Below, one piece after another: positions 46,265 through 55,347 of a stretch of 58,494 nt of DNA. The translations under genes and the position numbers were made by a program. The first letter of the stretch is position 1; every line of letters starts with the position of its first letter. The notes beneath the pieces were generated by a model. The model ran no database searches, was not told the origin of the DNA, and was given only the letters and a program-made list of their open reading frames with translations. Origin of the DNA: a bacterium (lineage in GTDB: Bacteria > Patescibacteriota > Saccharimonadia > CAILAD01 > GCA-016700035); contig CP064998.1 in the NCBI GenBank assembly GCA_016700035.1, forward strand, positions 857,551 to 916,044, given 5' to 3'.

Positions 46265-46728
46265 CTTTGTTTTAGTCTAATTATCACCTTACGATTAGGA
46301 TCTTCACCAACGCTCTCAGTTTCTAGTTCTGGTATCTCGGCTAGTACGGTATGGACAATCCGTCGCTCAAATGCATTCATAGGCTTCATTTCTTGCTCTC
46401 GACCATAATCTCGTACCTTTTTAGCCGTATCTTCAGCAATCCGCATCACCTTCTCAATGCGCTCTTTTTTATACCCCGCAATATCAATAGTAATGAATGG
46501 TGCAGTTGGATCTTGGTGTTTTAAAATAACATTAAAGAGTGTTTGGAAGGCTGTTAAACTCTCCCCTTTACGACCAATTAATACTGCTTGGTTTTCGGCA
46601 GCAATTGATAATATCTGCCGACTCTCTAATTGATCCTCGTAAATGGTGTACTCCACAAACCCCATTGCTTCTAGCATTGCCGAGATTATCTGCTTAGCCT
46701 GCGTAATGTGCTCTTCCGAAATTTTCAT
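46261..46728 (-). CDS. jag: Jag/KhpB-like RNA-binding protein (KH + R3H)
   Basis: KH-like LIGRKGESLTAFQ and R3H-like MNAFERRIVHTVL. It follows yidC. I chose the ATG at 46728, 5 nt after the yidC stop, over the overlapping track start at 46836. Confidence 0.8.
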   Translation of the reverse strand: MKISEEHITQAKQIISAMLEAMGFVEYTIYEDQLESRQILSIAAENQAVLIGRKGESLTAFQTLFNVILKHQDPTAPFITIDIAGYKKERIEKVMRIAEDTAKKVRDYGREQEMKPMNAFERRIVHTVLAEIPELETESVGEDPNRKVIIRLKQS

Positions 46729-46732
46729 CCCC

Positions 46733-47551
46733 CTACCCTTTCTTTCGTTTAGCCTTACCCTTACTCTTAGATTTCTTTGTATTACCTGTAGCTTCTCGCA
46801 CCTTAGTGACAACTTTTGCTTCTTCCATCTTATCAACTTCTTCGCGCATTGTCAGAGTTTGCTGTAAAATACTTATTCCATTTGATACTGCCCAATACAG
46901 CGGAAGTGCCGCCACAAGCGTGTAGCCAATCCAGGCTGTCATTAATGGAAACATCCAAGTCATCATCTTATTAGCTGCAGCACTTGGATCGTTTGGGGTA
47001 GTTTGCTTGGGGGTAATCTGCCAAACCTGATAATACTGAGTCGCTCCAGCCAGTAGTGCTAGAACGATATTATTTTTTGCAGCTAGATCGACAACTCCAA
47101 ACAATTCGGCAGAAAATAGGCTAGGATTTTGAATAACTTGCTGGATCCAGCTAAGGTTTTTTACTGGCCCATATAGTAGCGGTGCAACTGTTTCAATTCC
47201 CTGTGTTGCTCGACTAAAGACGGCAAATAATGCAATTAAAAAAGGTAACTGAATAATTAATGGCAAACAAGAAGCTAAAGGGTTAATCTCTCTTTCCTTA
47301 TATAACTCCATTAACCGAGCACTCTCCTGCTGCTTATCGCCTTTTGCCTCAGATTTTATTCGAGCAATCTCTGGTTGTAGTTCCTGCATCTTCTTTTGTG
47401 AGTGTAGTTGCTTCGCCATAACTGGCCACATCGCAAAACGAATTATGATTGTCATAATAATTACCGCTATACCAAAATCATGCCCAGGAATTATGCCATA
47501 GATAAAAAACAGTACATTCATCAACGGCTGAACAAAAATTGCATCAAACAT
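46733..47551 (-). CDS. yidC: membrane protein insertase YidC (short, Gram-positive type)
   Basis: 272 aa. Conserved QPEIARIK..YKE..INPLASCLPLIIQLPFLIALF motif, a basic C-terminal tail, and rnpA-yidD-yidC synteny. Confidence 0.9.
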   Translation of the reverse strand: MFDAIFVQPLMNVLFFIYGIIPGHDFGIAVIIMTIIIRFAMWPVMAKQLHSQKKMQELQPEIARIKSEAKGDKQQESARLMELYKEREINPLASCLPLIIQLPFLIALFAVFSRATQGIETVAPLLYGPVKNLSWIQQVIQNPSLFSAELFGVVDLAAKNNIVLALLAGATQYYQVWQITPKQTTPNDPSAAANKMMTWMFPLMTAWIGYTLVAALPLYWAVSNGISILQQTLTMREEVDKMEEAKVVTKVREATGNTKKSKSKGKAKRKKG

Positions 47552-47554
47552 ACA

Positions 47555-47809
47555 CTAACCTTTCTTACTTATACTGGGAACCAAATCTATTCCACCTCGG
47601 TTCCATGGATTACAGCGCCCCAACCGCTTCACTGCCAGTGCACCACCACGTACCACACCATGCTCACCAATAGCCTGATGCGCGTACTCACTGCAGGTTG
47701 GATAAAATCGGCAACAGCCATACGGATAGAATACTTTCAATAAACCGTGGTCTGGAGATAAGCTAAATTGATATACCCGAATAGCCTTCTGTGTAAATCG
47801 AATTAAAAT
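47555..47809 (-). CDS. yidD: membrane protein insertion efficiency factor YidD (start codon uncertain)
   Basis: [11 protein letters not shown] core. Family-typical N-terminal sequence [18 protein letters not shown] is in frame upstream of the track start (TTG at 47740), up to a TGA at 47816-47818. That stretch has no ATG, GTG or TTG. Confidence 0.7.
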   Translation of the reverse strand: MLIRFTQKAIRVYQFSLSPDHGLLKVFYPYGCCRFYPTCSEYAHQAIGEHGVVRGGALAVKRLGRCNPWNRGGIDLVPSISKKG

Positions 47810-47810
47810 A

Positions 47811-48152
47811 CTACCTCATCCTTCCCAACAGTTGCCTAACCTCGCTACGCAACTCACTCACACTAACGTTAATTAGACTTGTTTGTATAGTAACTATTAT
47901 ATCAAATTGAGTTAGGGATAAAACTTTCAATTCTTCTCGAATTAACTCCCGCACTCGACGCTTTGCAGTATTTCTAATAACAGCTCGTTTATCAACTTTT
48001 TTTGAAACCACTACAGCCACCCGAGTACCTCTTGGGTTAACAACATAATGTAGCTTTAAGTGATTAGTATAAGCTCTGTTTCCGCGCTTATACACACGTA
48101 ATATATCGGAGTTTTTACGTAGGCGCTGTGAGCGCGCAAACATATTATTCAA
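47811..48152 (-). CDS. rnpA: ribonuclease P protein component
   Basis: 113-aa basic protein with [15 protein letters not shown] and the RNR-like motif [10 protein letters not shown]. It lies directly downstream of rpmH. Confidence 0.85.
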   Translation of the reverse strand: MNNMFARSQRLRKNSDILRVYKRGNRAYTNHLKLHYVVNPRGTRVAVVVSKKVDKRAVIRNTAKRRVRELIREELKVLSLTQFDIIVTIQTSLINVSVSELRSEVRQLLGRMR

Positions 48153-48158
48153 GTACTC

Positions 48159-48293
48159 CTAGATAGCTACGCGCGCGCGACCTTTTAGACGGCGACGTTT
48201 TAAAACCGCCCGGCCAACTCGCGTCTTCATACGAGCCATAAATCCATGTACGCGCTGACGGCGACGTTTCTTTGGTTGATAAGTTCGTTTCAT
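48159..48293 (-). CDS. rpmH: 50S ribosomal protein L34
   Basis: Not in the ORF track (44 aa). The minus-strand translation is [44 protein letters not shown], with a TAG stop. Confidence 0.95.
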   Translation of the reverse strand: MKRTYQPKKRRRQRVHGFMARMKTRVGRAVLKRRRLKGRARVAI

Positions 48294-48338
48294 ATCTGCA
48301 ATAGTATACCGACTTTTGCAATAAATTTCAACCCTAAT

Positions 48339-48412
48339 GTATCCACATATCCACAGGCTATAATAAAATTGTGGCTAATATGTGGATAAGTACTTGGCAG
48401 ACCTGTGGAAAA
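48339..48412. promoter_or_regulatory. DnaA-box cluster in the rpmH-dnaA spacer
   Basis: gTATCCACA (48339-47), aTATCCACA (48347-55), perfect TTATCCACA on the minus strand (tgtggataa, 48381-89), and TTTTCCACA on the minus strand (48404-12). Confidence 0.8.
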
Positions 48413-48454
48413 CTAGTAGTATACTGAGTAAAGCTATGTGAAGGAGTGGTGAGT

Positions 48455-49861
48455 ATGGGGCAAGAACGCTCTGACTTAAATTCGATTTGGCAAACGGTGC
48501 TTGGTGAACTTGAGGTTTCACTAAGTGGGCACAGTTTTAAGACTTTTGTAAAACCAGTTAACCTGGAGTCGGTTACTGGCGGTACGGCTGTACTGGTGGT
48601 GCCTAATCCATTTTCGAGTGCCCAAATTAAGGCTCGGTTTGAATCTGATATTTTAAATGCTCTAGCTCAACACATTGATGGAATTGAAAAAATTGACTAT
48701 GTTATTCGATCTAGCTCCACTAGTCAAGAAACTAACCTCGATATCCCAGAAGGAATAAGTCGTAAGCGCCACAATAAACCCAGCTCTAGACAAACAGCTC
48801 CTCAGCCAAACCTATTCAATCAAAAGCAACATCTAGTTGAACGATATAATTTTGATAACTTTATAGTAGGATCATCTAATCGCTTAGCCCATTCGGCAGC
48901 TCGCCTAGTAACGGAAAAGCCTGGTACCGACTACAATCCCCTCTTTCTATACGGCCCGGCTGGTGTTGGAAAAACTCATTTGATGTGGGGAATTTACGGT
49001 GAACTAGCTCGGCGTAATAAAAATCTTGAACTGATGTATATTACGATTGAAGAATTTTATAAAACATTTGTTGATTCGGTGAGAAAATCTGAGGCATTCA
49101 CTAATAAATATCGTGAGGTAGATGTCTTGTTTGTGGATGATATTCAATTTATTAAAAAGAAAGAAACTACTCAAGAAGAGTTTTTCCATACCTTTAACGC
49201 TCTCCACCAAGCTAATAAACAGATTGTGATTTGCTCTGATCGACCACCAAAAGAAATACCAGAGCTAGAAGAACGTCTGAGGAGTCGATTTGAGTGGGGT
49301 ATGGTGGTAGATATTCAGCCACCCGACCTAGAAACTAGAGTAGCAATTATTCAGGCTAAGGCAGAGGAAAAGAACTTTTCTATATCACTTGAGATTGCCG
49401 AAGAAATTGCTGAGCGTATTGCTACAAATATTCGTGAGCTTGAAGGCGGATTTAATAAAGTATATATGCACTGTGAACTACATAATGAAAAACCATCGCT
49501 CGAGCTGGTTGCTCAAATACTTGGAGGAGCCACTCAAGCCCGCAATACTAGACGTAAGCCTAGTCCTAAACAAGTTATTGAAGAAATTGCTGAATATTAT
49601 GGCCTAAGAGTGGATGACTTATCTGGAAAACGTCGCAGTAAAGATGTAGTTTTACCTCGCCAAATTGCTATGTATATCCTACGTTCAGAACTAGATTTAT
49701 CATTTCCGCAAATTGGTGGTCACCTCGGCGGTCGTGACCACACAACCATAATGCACGGTTGTGAAAAAGTTGAAACCTTAATGCAGACAAAAGATCCAAT
49801 CACTCAAGAAATTTCTGAAGTGAGAGAGAGAATTCATCAAGAATTTACGGCAACTGCCTAA
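48455..49861 (+). CDS. dnaA: chromosomal replication initiator protein DnaA
   Basis: Walker A GPAGVGKTHL, Walker B LFVDDIQF, and the domain IV DNA-binding motif LPRQIAMY..R....SFPQIG...GGRDHTT. The ATG at 48455 has AAGGAG 8 nt upstream; the track uses the GTG at 48446. Confidence 0.95.
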   Translation: MGQERSDLNSIWQTVLGELEVSLSGHSFKTFVKPVNLESVTGGTAVLVVPNPFSSAQIKARFESDILNALAQHIDGIEKIDYVIRSSSTSQETNLDIPEGISRKRHNKPSSRQTAPQPNLFNQKQHLVERYNFDNFIVGSSNRLAHSAARLVTEKPGTDYNPLFLYGPAGVGKTHLMWGIYGELARRNKNLELMYITIEEFYKTFVDSVRKSEAFTNKYREVDVLFVDDIQFIKKKETTQEEFFHTFNALHQANKQIVICSDRPPKEIPELEERLRSRFEWGMVVDIQPPDLETRVAIIQAKAEEKNFSISLEIAEEIAERIATNIRELEGGFNKVYMHCELHNEKPSLELVAQILGGATQARNTRRKPSPKQVIEEIAEYYGLRVDDLSGKRRSKDVVLPRQIAMYILRSELDLSFPQIGGHLGGRDHTTIMHGCEKVETLMQTKDPITQEISEVRERIHQEFTATA

Positions 49862-50197
49862 TGGATACGCCAACTAATTGTTTCGGTTTTTGTCCACAGT
49901 TTAGCTGTGGACAACATGAGGATAACATCGTGGAAAAGTTGCGGAAAAAATGTTGGCAAACTGTGGTTTACCCTGCAAATAATCCACATAATATCCATAG
50001 CCACCAATCCATAATCCACACAACTAGTACTATCCCCAAGTTATCCAACTCCCCTATGCACACCTCCTCCACAATCCAAAAGCCGCCCTTACTCTCGATT
50101 AAATCAAGTATTCTCAATAGATTTTCCCCACTTTCCACAGCACCCACTACTACCAATTCCATATATATAAATAGAATAAAGAAGGGATTTTAGTTTT
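49862..50197. other. candidate oriC (dnaA-dnaN spacer with DnaA boxes and an AT-rich unwinding element)
   Basis: Boxes: ttgtccaca (49890-98) and its inverted partner tgtggacaa (49906-14), taatccaca (49980-88 and 50012-20), ttatccaac (50041-49), ctttccaca (50131-39). The AT-rich run atatatataaatagaataaa lies at 50161-50180. Confidence 0.7.
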
Positions 50198-51295
50198 ATG
50201 AAAATATCAGTTGTACAAGAAAATCTAGTAAAGGCCGTAGCTACAGTTAGTCGAGTAGTTGGATCTAGAGCTAGCTTACCTATTTTAGGAAATATTTTAC
50301 TTAAAGCTGATAAGTCATCTCTAAGTTTATCTACCACTAATTTAGAGATAGCCCTAACTGTAACAATTGGCTGCAAGGCAGAACAGACCGGCACAGTTTG
50401 TGTGCCAGCTAAATTACTACTTGAAACCTTGCAGAGTTTGCAGAGTGAGAAGATTATGCTATCGAGCGATGACAGTAAGCTTGAGATTGCATCAGCTGGG
50501 GCGGAAGTACAGATTCAAGCCATGTCTGCCGATGAATTTCCAGCTATACCAACCATATCATCACCGCAACACCTCACCCTACCGCGTGATATTATGGTAG
50601 ATGCCTTAGCTGAGGTAGTGGTAGCAGCCTCGCTCGATGAATCTAGGCCGGTGTTAGCTGGTGTATTTATGCAATCCAAACAGGATGAAATTATATTTGC
50701 CGCAACCGATAGCTACAGGTTGGCAGAAACCCGAATATCAGTTAGTAGTAAGGGTGATACAGCGATAATATTCCCTCTTCGCACGGTTCAGGAAGTTTTG
50801 AGACTAGCGGGATCTTCGGAAGCTTCGGAGGTTGCCTTAGAGCTCGGCAAGACAGAAGCTAAAATCACCATTAATAATGTAGAGCTTGTCACAAGACTTA
50901 TTGAAGGTAGTTTTCCAAATTATTCACAAATTATCCCCTCTCAAGCAACCTCCACATTAAGGGTTTTACGCTCCGAGTTAGTGCAGGCAGCGCGACTAGC
51001 GGGTATTTTTGCTCGCGAGAGCGCTCACACGATCACTCTTAAGGCATCAGGTTCAACGCTACAACTGCATGCTGAAGCTGCTCAAGTTGGTCAAAATACT
51101 TCGGAGGTATCACTAAAGCTGGATGGTGCGGAGGCAGCTATCTCGCTTAATGTTCGATTCCTAATCGATGCCCTGTCGGTAATTTCAACAGATGAAGTGG
51201 AGCTACGCTTAAATGACAAGCTCGATCCATGTGTTGTGGTGCCGGTTGATAAGAAAAGTCACTATATTCACCTCATAATGCCACTGCGCAGTTAA
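50198..51295 (+). CDS. dnaN: DNA polymerase III beta sliding clamp
   Basis: 365 aa. The N-terminus LPILGNILLKA and the C-terminus LIMPLR are typical, and dnaA-dnaN-recF synteny supports the call. Confidence 0.95.
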   Translation: MKISVVQENLVKAVATVSRVVGSRASLPILGNILLKADKSSLSLSTTNLEIALTVTIGCKAEQTGTVCVPAKLLLETLQSLQSEKIMLSSDDSKLEIASAGAEVQIQAMSADEFPAIPTISSPQHLTLPRDIMVDALAEVVVAASLDESRPVLAGVFMQSKQDEIIFAATDSYRLAETRISVSSKGDTAIIFPLRTVQEVLRLAGSSEASEVALELGKTEAKITINNVELVTRLIEGSFPNYSQIIPSQATSTLRVLRSELVQAARLAGIFARESAHTITLKASGSTLQLHAEAAQVGQNTSEVSLKLDGAEAAISLNVRFLIDALSVISTDEVELRLNDKLDPCVVVPVDKKSHYIHLIMPLRS

Positions 51296-51306
51296 GATGA
51301 TAAAAA

Positions 51307-52359
51307 ATGCTGACCCAGCTCCGTCTATCCCATTTTCGTTCGTATGAATCGCTCGATCTAGTATTTGGTGAGTTGGTTTTTTTAATACTGGGCCCTAATG
51401 CTACTGGTAAGACTAATATTTTAGAGGCTATTTATATCGCCTCGACTGGAAAATCTTTCCGCGCTCAGGAAGATCAGCTAGTGACACATGGGCAGGATGG
51501 ATATTCTATTGAGGCTCGCTATGACGATGAGGTAATCCGAGTGGTATCACACATTACTCCTAATAAGAAGAAGCTATTCGAGAGGAATGCAGTTAAGATT
51601 TCTCGGTCGACGCTACTAGGTCGGCATCCAGTGGTATTGTTTGAGCCTAATGATTTAAACCTTCTCTCGGCCACGCCAGAGCAACGTCGACGCTATTTAG
51701 ATACAGTTTTAATACAAACCAACCAGCACTACCGAAGAAGCTATTTAATGTATCGTCGCTTGCTTAAACAGCGCAATTCCCTATTGCGGCACAATAAGCG
51801 TATGCCGGTTTTAAAACTTGATGATCAGTTGTTTATTTTAGATACCCAAATTAGCCCACTAGCAGAAGAAATATCACATTATCGTCAAAATCTACTAAAA
51901 GATATAGAAGAGATCCTTATTCAAGTAGTTCCTAGAATTGCAAAAAAAGATCATGCAATGCGAGTAGAATTTAAGCAAAGGAGTTCAGATTTTATGATAC
52001 GTATTCAAGCTGCTCGCAGACGTGATGTAGCGGTTGGTAGTACGACGGAGGGGCCACACCGAGAGGATTGGTCGCTATGGTTTGATGACTACCCTATTTA
52101 TCAAACTGCATCTCGAGGCGAGACGCGAACGGCTATTTTAGCCTTAAAGCTAGCTGAACTGCAGTATGTAAAAACCCATAGTGATAATCGGCAGCCAATC
52201 TTATTATTGGATGATGTATTTAGTGAGCTAGATGAGTCGCGTCGTCGACAATTAATACAGGAATTAACAGATATACAGACAGTAATTACAAGTACCGATA
52301 TTGATAAGAGATTAAAATTACCAGCTCAAACTCTAGACTTAACAAGGCCAGTCAAGTGA
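51307..52359 (+). CDS. recF: DNA replication and repair protein RecF
   Basis: Walker A GPNATGKTNILEAI, signature-like SRGE(T)R, Walker B ILLLDDVFSELD. Confidence 0.9.
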   Translation: MLTQLRLSHFRSYESLDLVFGELVFLILGPNATGKTNILEAIYIASTGKSFRAQEDQLVTHGQDGYSIEARYDDEVIRVVSHITPNKKKLFERNAVKISRSTLLGRHPVVLFEPNDLNLLSATPEQRRRYLDTVLIQTNQHYRRSYLMYRRLLKQRNSLLRHNKRMPVLKLDDQLFILDTQISPLAEEISHYRQNLLKDIEEILIQVVPRIAKKDHAMRVEFKQRSSDFMIRIQAARRRDVAVGSTTEGPHREDWSLWFDDYPIYQTASRGETRTAILALKLAELQYVKTHSDNRQPILLLDDVFSELDESRRRQLIQELTDIQTVITSTDIDKRLKLPAQTLDLTRPVK

Positions 52360-52631
52360 GTTTTGAGAGAATTGGCGATAGCTTATCGCGGAAAAATCTT
52401 GATCAACCTTTTGATGCGGTTAATTTTTTTACAGTTGTAAAAGAAGTAATAAAAAGACGCTCTGGCGTTAGTGTTGATACGGTTAGTTTTAATAACGGTT
52501 TCCTGCGAGTTTCCGTAAGTCATCCAGTGGAAGCAAGTGAAATACGTATGCGAAAAATCCAAATTGAGCGAGAAATAGTAAAAAAAACCCAACAAAAGAT
52601 TAGTAAGTTTTATATACGTATATTACATTAA
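52356..52631 (+). CDS. DUF721 (DciA-like) protein
   Basis: 91 aa with a GTG start overlapping the recF TGA by 4 nt. The pattern NGFLRVSVSHPVEASEIRMRKIQIEREI resembles the DUF721 core, and the position after recF is typical. Confidence 0.6.
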   Translation: MSFERIGDSLSRKNLDQPFDAVNFFTVVKEVIKRRSGVSVDTVSFNNGFLRVSVSHPVEASEIRMRKIQIEREIVKKTQQKISKFYIRILH

Positions 52632-53419
52632 TCGATAGCTTGCGGTTGAGCTTCGTAGCCACTCGGAAACTCATTACGTAACTCGGGCTCGGTGTAATAA
52701 ATTATATATCTGCTTATATCTATTCCGTTTTGCTTTAGGTAGTCTAGCGCTTCGGTGCGATATTTTCGGACATCGTTTAAGTAGTCTTGATGTTCTTCTG
52801 GAGTGGCTGGCATGGCCGCATCACCTGGTGCGAAAAACTTCATAGTAATAGTTATGGCAGCTGGTGTTTCAGCATCTTCGGCTGAAAATATATAGCTCAT
52901 TTTATAGTAATTAGTTTGATGTGGAAGTAATTTAACAATAGGATCCTGCTGAGGGGTCTCTCCTTCAGATGCATATTCATCAAAAAGTTTTTGAGCTTCA
53001 GGGCTGAGTTGGTCGTACTCGATCTTTTTTACAATAAAGGGAATCTCCTTAGATAAAATGCTGCCATCGACTGAGCGTATATTATTAAGATTTAATTTGT
53101 AGCTACCAGATTTAGGTGTTTCTTGAATGGTAATTTTTAAGGTCTTATCGTATACCTCTATGTAGGCTAGGCTATTAAAGCTAAATTTCACAACGCTAGC
53201 GGCATCTTTATTATAGGCTGCACGAATAGACTCGGCATCGAGTTTTTCATTAAATTCCAGAACTAGAACCCCCATACTACTCGGATAGTTATTGGTATCT
53301 GGTGTAGATTTAATAATTCTAAATTGGAGAGCTTGAATTGCGAGTAGTGCAATTCCGGCTATCGCCAAGACAATTAATAGCCCAATAATAATTTTTACTT
53401 GCTTGGATAGACTTTGCAT
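52628..53419 (-). CDS. hypothetical membrane-anchored extracytoplasmic protein
   Basis: 263 aa with an N-terminal TM followed by a beta-rich (Ig-like?) domain. It lies downstream of the two hydrolase genes on the same strand. Confidence 0.5.
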   Translation of the reverse strand: MQSLSKQVKIIIGLLIVLAIAGIALLAIQALQFRIIKSTPDTNNYPSSMGVLVLEFNEKLDAESIRAAYNKDAASVVKFSFNSLAYIEVYDKTLKITIQETPKSGSYKLNLNNIRSVDGSILSKEIPFIVKKIEYDQLSPEAQKLFDEYASEGETPQQDPIVKLLPHQTNYYKMSYIFSAEDAETPAAITITMKFFAPGDAAMPATPEEHQDYLNDVRKYRTEALDYLKQNGIDISRYIIYYTEPELRNEFPSGYEAQPQAID

Positions 53420-53444
53420 TTATCTTACCTCTCTCATTTATAAC

Positions 53445-55346
53445 CTATGGCAGTCGTTGATAGCTATCGAAAAGCGCTTTTGGTAGCCCTATCTTATCAC
53501 TACCAGCCTGAAATAGAGCCTTATTCTCGGCTGAGCAACTTTCACGCTTGCAACCAATTCGACGGTTAGTGGTATTAGCATCGATATGTAGGTGTGGAGT
53601 TCCGCAACCGGCTCCTGGTGGCCCCACAAAGCCAATTACTTGTCCCTCGGCGATCGGCTCACCTTCCTTAACTATAGTTTGTTCCACAGAAAGGTGGAGA
53701 TATGCTACTGTAACACCTTGCTGTTCACTCCAAACTGATAGCATTCGACCACCGCACTTGTCATTACCTACTTTTACTACTTGACCAGATATAACTGCGA
53801 CTACTGGCGTTCCTGGGTCGGCATTAATGTCATGCGCAGCGTACGGATGACCACTAAACTTCATAACGCCGTTACTGAATTGTCCGCCATTCAACTCGGT
53901 CATACGGGCTTTTGTGGTTTGCAAGGGGAACCCGACAAATCCTGCCGACATTCCGCCAGCGGCGGAGTTACAGCTAGTAGTACCGCTAATTAATGATGTG
54001 CCTGCACCTGAACCATCTCCATATAATTCCAATATTTTTTGCCCCATACCAGCCCGTTTTTGCTTAGCAGATTCACTTTGGTCTTTTGGGCGTTCAAACT
54101 TCGTCATAAATACGTCAGAAGCAGAGCGTAGATCGGATGATAACTTAAGCGCGTCATAAACACCTTTATAGTTGACGGTGAGTTCTTGCATGAGGTAGTC
54201 AAGCTGCAATGCTAAATCTCCCTCTATGGTCATACCGCGTGATCGCGCTAAATCAACTAGCCCTTGCTGGCGACCAGATGATGTCCACTGAGCGATGCCA
54301 TATCCAGTATGATTATTGACGGTAATATTATCCTTATCCCCCTCTGGAGTTCCGGTGTTCTGTACGCGCTTTGGGTTTACTCCAGATTCTGCTTGAAGGT
54401 TTCCAAGAATTCCGCCAGACTGCTGTGGTGTGAAGCCTTTACTTATGAAAAAGTTAAAGGCCTTTTCCATATTGTCATTTCCAGACAGGTTAACAGTGGC
54501 ATCAACACTGCCACCTGTACCACCAGACACTGGGCACTGGCAGGGGCTAGCAGAGCTAGGTGTAGCAAGAGCGGAAGCAGTAGTGATGGTGGTTTGGATT
54601 ACTCCAGATAGTGCTTCGTAGCCTTGCGAAGTAGTGCTATGTACGCCTTGCTTATCAAATGGCATGGATGGGTTTGTGGCATTCTCATAGGTTTCAGGAT
54701 TTCCACCAGGGTAGTATATTTTAAAACGGCTAATTACAGGAGTTCCTAGCTCGGTTGCTTTAGCATAAATTACCTTATTGGTAGCTGCGGCACCAATTCT
54801 AGTTGCGTCAGAAGGGCTAGCAGCAACATCGACAAGATATATTTTTGCCTGAGTACCAGTAGCTTTAATTTGATTAATTAGGGTGTTTAGCTTGTCTTGA
54901 AAATTATTTTCTGAATTAGTCCCCAGCTCGATTATTACTGCCTGAGAGCCTTTAATTGTTTCGGCGTCGGCCGTAGCAGCTTCTAGGCCTGATGTATGGG
55001 TGTTTTGACCTGGTCCAGCGATAGATCTGGAGGCATCGGCGTTAACTACTACTTTATAGCCTGCAGTAGCAAGGTTTTTTTCAAGACTTACCTTAACACC
55101 TTCGCCAATGGAGTCACCGAGATAATATACAGAACCACCAGCCGTTAACCCTCCACCTCCAGCTGTCGGGGTGGTGCTAGAGGGGCCACAAATTAGCTCA
55201 GCATTTTTGTCGTAAAATGGTGTACGTTCAATATCTTTACGTTGTTCAGAGGCAGCTTGGGATGGGGTTGCGATAAGAATAATAGTAAGTGCAATATAAC
55301 TCAAGCGAGTTATAGATTTTAGTAGATGATTAGAAACTTTTATCAT
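53445..55346 (-). CDS. secreted three-domain cell-wall hydrolase: SGNH/GDSL-like + phage-tail-lysozyme-like + M23 peptidase
   Basis: Start at MIKVSNHLL (55346, signal peptide ...ATPSQA), 1 nt after the upstream stop. The track's longer start overlaps the upstream gene by 278 nt. GDS block YYLGDSIGEG. Lysozyme-like GGILGNLQAESGVNP...GYGIAQWT. M23 motifs AHDINADPGTPV, YLHLS, TPHLHID. Confidence 0.8.
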   Translation of the reverse strand: MIKVSNHLLKSITRLSYIALTIILIATPSQAASEQRKDIERTPFYDKNAELICGPSSTTPTAGGGGLTAGGSVYYLGDSIGEGVKVSLEKNLATAGYKVVVNADASRSIAGPGQNTHTSGLEAATADAETIKGSQAVIIELGTNSENNFQDKLNTLINQIKATGTQAKIYLVDVAASPSDATRIGAAATNKVIYAKATELGTPVISRFKIYYPGGNPETYENATNPSMPFDKQGVHSTTSQGYEALSGVIQTTITTASALATPSSASPCQCPVSGGTGGSVDATVNLSGNDNMEKAFNFFISKGFTPQQSGGILGNLQAESGVNPKRVQNTGTPEGDKDNITVNNHTGYGIAQWTSSGRQQGLVDLARSRGMTIEGDLALQLDYLMQELTVNYKGVYDALKLSSDLRSASDVFMTKFERPKDQSESAKQKRAGMGQKILELYGDGSGAGTSLISGTTSCNSAAGGMSAGFVGFPLQTTKARMTELNGGQFSNGVMKFSGHPYAAHDINADPGTPVVAVISGQVVKVGNDKCGGRMLSVWSEQQGVTVAYLHLSVEQTIVKEGEPIAEGQVIGFVGPPGAGCGTPHLHIDANTTNRRIGCKRESCSAENKALFQAGSDKIGLPKALFDSYQRLP

Positions 55347-55347
55347 A

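Noticed and set aside
49861-50193. 110-aa ORF filling the dnaA-dnaN spacer
   Set aside because: The region is packed with DnaA-box 9-mers and an AT-rich tract. The translated sequence is low-complexity (His/Pro/Thr/Ser-rich) with no RBS. It is better explained as oriC.
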